Positions 1-6,299 of a DNA stretch of 11,094 nucleotides are shown piece after piece. Position 1 is the first letter of the stretch. Every line of letters begins with the position of its first letter. The stretch is from Azolla caroliniana (lineage: Eukaryota; Plantae; Polypodiophyta): NCBI GenBank assembly GCA_043228905.1, contig JBHGNT010001193.1:1-11094 (forward strand), read 5' to 3'. A program made the position numbers and the translations under genes. The notes under the pieces were generated by a model, which saw only the letters and a list, made by a program, of their open reading frames with translations, ran no database searches and had not been told where the DNA came from.

Positions 1-26
1 AAAAAAATAAATAAAAATTGAAAAAA

Positions 27-1557
27 TGGATTTTCAACGGAAATCCGATGCACTGCATCGGATTTTGTTTGAAAGTCCACTTTTACGTATTTTTTTCCAA
101 ATTTGCTTTTTTTTTTGAATTTTATTGAATTTTATTGAATTTTTTCTATAAAAAATAAATAAATATTGAAAAAATAGATTTTCAATGGAAATCCGATGCA
201 CTGCATCGGATTTCCGTAGAAAATCCACTTTTTCTTATTTTTTTCCAAATTTTCATAGTTTTTAGAATTTTTTTGGTATTTTGTTTGTCTATTTTCTCAT
301 AAATAACTATATAGAAATTGAAAAAATGAATTTTCAAAGGAAATCCGATGCATTGCATCAGATTTCTATTGAAAGTCCACTTTTTGCTATTTGTTACCAA
401 ATTTTGATATTTTAAAATATTTTTTTGTATTTTTTAATTTCTTTTTCATTTTTTCCCATAAATAAATAAATAAAAATTGCAAAAAATGGGTTTTCAACAG
501 AAATCCGATGCACTACATCGGATTTCTACTAAAAATCCATTTTTTCTTATTTGTTTCCAATTTTTCTGATATTTTGAATTTGTTTTTGTATTTGTTTTGA
601 ATTGTTTTTGTTTTTATCATAAATAAATATATAGGAATTGAGAAAAATGGATTTTCAACGGAAATCCGATGCACTGCATCGGATTTCCATTGAAAGTCCA
701 CTTTTTCTTGTTTGTTTACAAATTTTCTTATTTGTTTATATTTTTCTCTAAAAAAGTGTTAAAAATAAACAAATTGTGATTTTCTCCATTTAAAATGATG
801 TGTTTTCAATGAGAATCCGATACAGTGCATCGGATTCCCGTTGAAAACAGATCATTTTCAACAGGATTTTCAATGGAAATCCGATGCATTGCATCGGATT
901 TCCGTTCAAAATCACTGAGTTTCAACAGAAATCCAATGCACTGCATCGGATTTCTGTTGAAAGTCCAATATTTTTCTTATGTTTTTTCATAAAACATTAA
1001 TTTGCAATTGAAATCCGACTCAATGGTTCAGATTTTGTTGAAAATGTAATATTTTTTTATTATCTCATTGTTTTATGAAAAACCTAAAAGAAATTTGGAT
1101 TTTTAATTGAAATTCGATGTAGTGCATTAGATTTCAGTTGGAAATCCACTTTTTTAATATATTTTTATTTATTTTTTGAAAAAATGAAAAACAATTGAAA
1201 AGAAAGAGGATTGCCAGCTAAAATCTGATGCAATGCATCAATGTCTAGCTGTATAGACTACGATCTGATGTAGTGTATCGGATTTCAGTTGAAAAGCCGT
1301 TTATTATTATTTTATATGGAAAATAAATAAATAAATAACATTGGAAAAAGAAAAAAGAAAAAAGGATTTTCGACTCTAATCCAACGCATTGCATTAGATT
1401 CTAGCTATATATACTAAAATATAATGTAGTGCATAGTATTTTAGCTGAAAATCCATTTTTTATTTTTTAATGGAAATTTTTTTAAAAATTACAAAAAAAA
1501 AACTTGGATTTTCAACTGAAATCTAGTGCATCACATTGGATTCCAATTAAAAATCCA
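27..1557. repeat. Array of ~15 imperfect palindromes (consensus TGGATTTTCAACGGAAATCCGATGCA-N-TGCATCGGATTTCCRTTGAAARTCCA, ~53 bp) separated by AT-rich spacers
   Basis: Palindrome centres read at 53, 201, 353, 513, 674, 825, 889, 941, ~1023, 1122, 1233, 1273, 1389, 1429 and 1531. The first six are 148-161 bp apart, and the spacers between copies 1-5 are homologous (T-rich then A-rich). Copies become more degenerate to the right. The array probably continues beyond the left window edge. Confidence 0.95.
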
Positions 1558-1682
1558 AGATTTTTTAATTTTTCAAATTTTATTGTTTCAAATTTTCAAT
1601 GGGTTTTAGATTAGTTTTCTGACACAGGTATATAATATAAAACTTACATCAATTTAGATTAACGTTATATTCTATTCTTCAG

Positions 1683-2040
1683 TTTGATGTTACCTGTGCA
1701 ATTTCATTCTACTGTCATGTACTACTAAAACATACGCCTTAAAGATTATCAGGAACTCTGTTGTATTAGAGAAGGACCTTGAGCAAGTTAATGTCATCAA
1801 AATGAGGATCCAAGGTATCTGAGGTTGTCCTGATCAAGACCAAGAAGTTGGGGCAAAGCATATCAATAAAACTTAGATGTTCCAGATAACTTTTAGAAAA
1901 CTTGTGGAACTATAGATGAAGATGCAGGGCAACTTGTTGAATTAGAAGACGTTTCAGAGTCTGAACATACTAACAATTCAACTTAGCGTACTGACGAAGC
2001 CAATGAGGACAATCCTGATGAAAGAGCTAATCCTGAGTAG
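1683..2040 (+). pseudogene. Possible decayed exon of unknown origin (perhaps a DNA-transposon gene)
   Basis: Less AT-rich than its flanks and follows a short GT..AG intron-like segment (1629-1682). One frame reads LMLPVQFHSTVMYY*NIRLKDYQELCC...DEDAGQLVELEDVSESEHTNNST*RTDEANEDNPDERANPE* with several stops. No family recognised. Confidence 0.2.
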
Positions 2041-2737
2041 ACGGCTTTACCAGACTTATTATTCGATTGAATGGTTATGGCTTATTGTAAATTTTGAACA
2101 ATATGAATTGTTAAATATTGACGTAATATATAAGTTGAGCTTACTTATAATTTTCGTGTAACAATCATTGAACTTAGAAATTAAGTATACTTGTATGTGT
2201 ACATGTTATCTAAACTCTCCTTTATCATTTGGGGTATATCGGAGATAAGTTTATACTCTATCATTTACTCGTATGATTGGAATGTTATTGTAGACTAGTT
2301 TATTTATACATTGACAGTGTCATGTATCACGTGTCAATGGAAATTTTCTCTTGACATAGTATTATCTCTTAATTGCAAGGTTCACAATTTGCTTTAAGAT
2401 GTATTATATTTAAATATACACACATAATTAGAAGAAGTCACTTATTCAATGGGGCATGCTTTTTAGAATATGCACAAGGACCCGTGTTACTATTATACTT
2501 GTGTTGACAAATACACCCCTGTCTAAGATTTGGACAAAAACATGGTAGATAGAATATACGTCGGATGATTTTGTTGACGTGATATTAGTTAGTTCTTTTT
2601 TTCGCTATGTTTTCATAAACCACATACACATGCGTCGTGCCTTGTTGAAATTCTACTTAAATAAGGCATTTTTTAACATCTCACTAAGATATGAAAAAGA
2701 GAATGCGACATATTACCTATTTCAAATGACCCGGTGT

Positions 2738-2902
2738 TAGTTGTTTTAGTACTAATAGCACATGATAATCGTGCTCTTCTTGGGTCTTCGAATAAATCAA
2801 TAGATCATCCAGATAGATGATCAAACATATATCCAAGAGGTCTCTGAATATATCATTTGCCATGTGTTGGAAGATTGTGGGTGCATTGGTTAGACCGAAC
2901 GG
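2738..2902 (-). pseudogene. Gypsy reverse transcriptase, distal fragment containing the catalytic YLDD
   Basis: Manual translation from 2902: [55 protein letters not shown], with YLDD at 2815-2804. It continues directly from ...GHFEYTVM on the other side of the solo LTR. Not shown in the ORF track. Confidence 0.95.
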
Positions 2903-2961
2903 TGTCGTGTTATTACGCGCGTGCGTGTAGAAAGAGGCAGGACCATGGGGGTCTCAGACCA

Positions 2962-2999
<38 letters not shown>

Positions 3000-3567
3000 C
3001 ACAGACACGCAGAAGCGAGAAGGAGAGATATAGAACGGAACACTTGATTACAATAACAAGAGATTACAAACTCCGACGGTTACAACCGGCAAAGCGGCGA
3101 TGGGCCCGACACGGGGACCCTACTCACACACATAGACGGAACACACTGGACCCAGAGAAACGCAAAAGAAAAAGCCTCTGCTGGCAGCGCACGGGCTACC
3201 CACGAAGCAGAGGCGTCGAACTCCCCGCACCCACAGAGAATGACGGTCGGAGGAGGAGAGAGAGTTCGCCCTCGGTCCTGCAGCACTTCGTCCTCCTTCA
3301 CGCGCCCCCCTTGGTCTCCTTTCTCTCCTCTCCTTAAATAGTTCCCAAAAGGGGGTGCGCTTTCTCCCTAGTCAAATCGCTTTATTCCCTGTCCCTTCTG
3401 ACAGAGATACACACAATCCCCTAATAAATGTGTACTACTTAGTATTTTCATCAGCCGATCCATTTATGAATCATGTACAAAATATCAATTCATGCGCCCA
3501 TCCATGTAAGAGCCGGTTTGTGCGCCTTTTTCTCCGATTCCGCATATGCCCGGTTTTCTTCACGACA
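2903..3567 (-). mobile_element. Solo LTR A (665 bp) inserted into the gypsy RT
   Basis: Perfect 7-bp inverted termini TGTCGTG...CACGACA. Flanks ACGG (2899-2902) and ACGA (3568-3571) form a 4-bp TSD with one mismatch. Removing the LTR restores [18 protein letters not shown] lies on the minus strand at 3340-3333, followed by a (TC)n-rich U5. Confidence 0.93.
2964..2997. repeat. (GA)17 microsatellite within solo LTR A
   Basis: Read directly from the sequence. Confidence 0.95.
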
Positions 3568-4648
3568 ACGACATAACAGTATATTCGAAATGCCCATACC
3601 TCGTGCGAAAGGCGGTCTTCCATTTATCTCCCGGTCGGATCCGCACGAGGTTATACGGTCCTCGTAGATCGATTTTTGTAAAAAACTTGGCACCATTAAC
3701 TCGCTCTAAAAGACTTGATATAAGAGGAAGTGCATACCTATTCCGGATGGTGACTTTATTCAAGCTGCGGTAATCAACGACGAGACGAAGTGAGCCATCT
3801 TTCTTCTTGACAAAGAAGATGGTTGCACCGGCCAGTGATTTCGAATGACGAATAAACTTGCTTGCCAAGTTCTCCTCTATGTAGGCTCGAAGGACTTCTA
3901 ACTCGGTGGGTGACAAGTTGTAAATTGGTCCCCATGGTGGCTCTGCTCCTGGTTGTAAATCGATGGGACAATCATAGGGACGATGATGAGGAAGAGTACC
4001 GGCTTTTACCTTGTCAAATACATCAGCATAAGGATGATATTTTGCCGGAAGTTGCACTAAGGATTCCTCCTTAATAGTGCTGGAAGGATGTACTGATATT
4101 GCAAATAGGAACATTGCCTCCTTGTGTCCTTCTTCGTGTAATTGACGTAGTGAAATGGTCGAAACTTGATGAGTAGATTCTTGGGGTTGTCGATGTCGGG
4201 CTTCTCTTGTTCTCCAATCAATGTCTGGATTATGTAATTCAAACCAAGGTAATCCCAGGACAATGGGATGCTCTGGACTATTAATTATATTAAATGATAC
4301 TACACACACAAAACTACCTAGGACAACTTGAATGGGTTCTGAATCTTCTACAATATTCCCGGAAGCAATGGAACGACCATCAATGACTACTACAGATGCG
4401 GGGCAAGGAAGTTTTCTTAAGTATATCTGAGAAGCTTGGGCAAAATTTCGATCCATGAAACAAGAATTAGCTCTGGAATCTAGAAGTGCTAGGACTTGTA
4501 CTGGGGGAGTACTTTTAGTACTAACCATGACTTGGGCTAGGAACACATTGCTAACTTGCTTGGAGGGAATGGAACCACTAATGGGCTTTACAGATCTAGG
4601 GCTGTCCAACCAAATGACTCCTATTTTGGCTGGACTCAATCGTTTAAC
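3568..4648 (-). pseudogene. pol: Gypsy pol, N-terminal part: aspartic protease plus RT
   Basis: ORF 3560..4639 contains ALLDSRA (D-S-G motif with G>R, D codon 4480-4478), [33 protein letters not shown] and [16 protein letters not shown]. It lies in the -1 frame relative to gag. Confidence 0.95.
4597..4648 (-). other. Putative -1 programmed ribosomal frameshift signal at the gag-pol junction
   Basis: G TTA AAC (4648-4642), a 6-nt spacer, then an 11-bp stem GTCCAGCCAAA / TTTGGTTGGAC (4635-4625 / 4614-4604, one G-U) with a 10-nt loop. Loop TAGG can pair with downstream CCTA (4600-4597). Confidence 0.75.
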
Positions 4649-5765
4649 TCTTCATCTAATTGACTAAGGATTTCAAATTTGTTTGAGATACTTGGGCTAT
4701 TAGTATTATTAATACTATCAGACACTCTTGAGGGAAGAATTGACTCGGGTTTAGTACAGGCTACGATTTGATTTACTTGTCTTCTTGGCCTATGGGGACA
4801 ATTGATTGCGATATGCCCTGGTCTGCCGCAATAAAGACATAATCGATTTGCACGTCGTCGTTGCTTTTCTTCTTCCGATAACGGGCCACGTCGACGCATG
4901 GTGTCGATCTCCATCGGTGTCGGAGTATTTTCTTGAGGTATGTCTCGTGCAAACGGTTTTACCGCGACTGAGGCGTAAGTGGGCTTCGGCCTAGAGCGCG
5001 GTATTTGTAATTGACGTTCCGAACGTCGTTCGAAAAGGCGGTTGTCACATCGGACCGCTCGACTGATTGCCTTCGTAAGAGACTTTGGTTCTTCGGGGAA
5101 GGTTAGAAGTAGATCTTTGACATCGTTTCGTAGGCCGTAGAGAAACTGCTCCATTAGTGCCTAGTCATCCCAGGGGATATCTGAAGTGAGTAGATGGAAA
5201 TCCGCCGCGTAGGCAGAGGCTGGACGATCACCTTGACGCAATCGTCAGATTTTGTTGATCGCCATCCGGATGCTGTCTGTATCTCCAAAGCAAGCTTTAA
5301 ACTCACTAATAAAGTCTTCAAAGTTATTAAGTAAGGGCGATTGTTTTTTTCCAGAAGTGGAGCAAACCATGCCAAGGCTGAGCCGCTAAGCAACGTGCCT
5401 ATTAGGCCGACTCGGGATGCATCAGTGGGGTATCGAGAAGGATGCATTTGAATGACTAAGTGTACCTGATTGAGGAATCCCCTAAATTGCAATCGCGTTC
5501 CATCAAATTTCACAGGAAGTCCAATCTTGGGCTCTTTATGAAATCTGTGGGGACTTGATCCTTGTTGTTGCAACACTGCCTCAAGTTGTTGCACACGTAA
5601 CGCTAAGTCCCCATGTTGTTGCTGCATTTGCTGTTTTTCTAGGGCGATTTGTTGAAGATCCCCTTACAACCGTTGGTTTTCTTGTTCCAAGGCAACAAAT
5701 TTTTCTTTTAGACACTGTGGCTCGGAGAAAACGGATTGGTATTCTTGGGCGCTAACAGAGGCCAT
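4636..5765 (-). pseudogene. gag: Gypsy gag with CCHC zinc knuckle, disrupted
   Basis: ATG at 5765 (MASVSAQEYQ...), a stop at 5666-5664, in frame with ORF 5154..5627. A frameshift in the T7 run at 5344-5350 leads to SPLLNNFEDFISEFKACFGD..*RLRQG..WDD*ALMEQFLYGL. CLYCGRPGHIAINC (CX2CX4HX4C) at 4839-4798. Confidence 0.92.
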
Positions 5766-5819
5766 TGTATAGAAAAAGGATAAGAGGATGAGGGAAACCA
5801 AAAGAAAGACTAGAGAGGA

Positions 5820-5831
5820 AAATTGGTTCAA
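5820..5831 (-). other. Primer-binding site of self-priming type (TTGAACCAATTT)
   Basis: Starts 2 nt inside the LTR end (…TGACA-GT-TTGAACCAATTT). It lacks the TGG of tRNA PBSs and is exactly complementary to AAATTGGTTCAA at 6061-6050 within the LTR. Confidence 0.8.
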
Positions 5832-5936
5832 ACTGTCAGGAATAGTACTAAAACAGAGAGAGAATTAGTACTACAGAAGGGTAGTACTATTAGTACTAAG
5901 AGGATGGGACCGCGTAAGACTCCCGAGAGGAAGGAA

Positions 5937-5942
<6 letters not shown>

Positions 5943-5982
<40 letters not shown>
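5943..5982. repeat. (GA)20 microsatellite within the gypsy LTR
   Basis: Read directly from the sequence. Confidence 0.95.
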
Positions 5983-5986
<4 letters not shown>

Positions 5987-6086
5987 GATAACAGATGATA
6001 TATCATAGGAAGAGTAAGTACAAGATGGCTATGAGGCTTAAGACTGGTGTTGAACCAATTTGGTTCAACATAATGCTTAGTGCCTT

Positions 6087-6094
6087 CTTTTATA
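6087..6094 (-). promoter_or_regulatory. TATA box (TATAAAAG) of the gypsy LTR
   Basis: Canonical TATA box, 33 nt upstream of the PBS-complementary 12-mer that starts at 6061. Confidence 0.75.
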
Positions 6095-6203
6095 GTGTTC
6101 TCAGGAGTAATCTTGAACTTTCTAGAATGTTCTAGAGAAATCTGGAATATACATTAATTTCCTATAATAAAACTTAAATGAAAATATTATCTTAAGTATT
6201 ACA

Positions 6204-6272
6204 ATAGATGGTATAATGGTCAAGAGCTCAACCCATATAACATAAGGTCATGGGTTCGAGTCTTACCATATC
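6204..6272 (+). mobile_element. Degenerate tRNA-derived sequence (SINE head or tRNA pseudogene)
   Basis: A-box TGGTATAATGG (6209-6219) and B-box GGTTCGAGTC (6253-6262) at tRNA-like spacing. AGGTC variable loop and T-arm ATGGG-TTCGAGT-CTTAC are present. The anticodon and acceptor stems do not pair well. Confidence 0.6.
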
Positions 6273-6299
6273 ATGACAATAGGTTGATTGCTCACATAT

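Larger units (their letters stand above)
2738..6203 (-). mobile_element. Ty3/gypsy LTR retrotransposon (Tcn1/Tf1-like chromovirus type), decayed and 3'-truncated within RT
   Basis: Minus-strand order is 5' LTR (6203-5834), PBS, gag with CCHC, -1 frameshift, protease, RT with YLDD. RT similarity stops at VLKQL (2738). No RNase H, integrase or 3' LTR is present. The clade call rests on the PEG10/RTL-like gag (EPKIGLPVKFDG..FRGFLNQ..GTLLSGSALAWF), the frameshift and the non-tRNA PBS. Confidence 0.93.
5834..6203 (-). mobile_element. 5' LTR of the gypsy element (370 bp)
   Basis: Minus strand starts TGTAATACTT (6203) and ends CCTGACA (5834), directly before the PBS. It contains TATAAAAG, (TC)20 and four TAGTACTA palindromes. 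The outer boundary cannot be confirmed by a TSD or a second LTR. Confidence 0.82.

Noticed and set aside
34-701. Three similar short minus-strand ORFs (64, 72, 62 aa) as a peptide gene family
   Set aside because: They are translations of the palindrome repeat units, K/I/F-rich from AT bias, with no conserved start or stop.
511-1431. CACTA/TAGTG at palindrome centres as CACTA transposon termini
   Set aside because: They are variants of the internal CACTG centre of the repeat. No TIR pair or 3-bp TSD is identifiable.
27-1557. CRISPR array
   Set aside because: Spacers are homologous to each other, low-complexity and vary from ~0 to 110 bp. Repeats are degenerate. The context is eukaryotic TE sequence with no cas genes.
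2309-2339. Inverted repeat CATTGACA...TGTCAATG
   Set aside because: A single 8-bp stem in AT-rich DNA with no supporting context.
2917-3317. Long-range complementarity in LTR A (AGACCAAGG/CCTTGGTCT, GCGCGTG/CACGCGC) and a 9-bp stem at 3174-3214
   Set aside because: Short matches in GC-rich sequence. The two long-range pairings cross rather than nest, and they are not clearly conserved in LTR B.
2921-3337. 138-aa ORF (also 5823..6008 and 10112..10381)
   Set aside because: These lie mostly within LTRs and read through (GA)n tracts (ERERE / SLSLS); they are not genes.
4636-5765. Domesticated PEG10/RTL-like gag gene
   Set aside because: It has stops and a frameshift and retains its LTR, PBS and pol, so it is an ordinary decayed retrotransposon.
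6204-6272. Functional tRNA-Met gene
   Set aside because: The anticodon and acceptor stems do not form; only the A/B boxes and T-arm remain.
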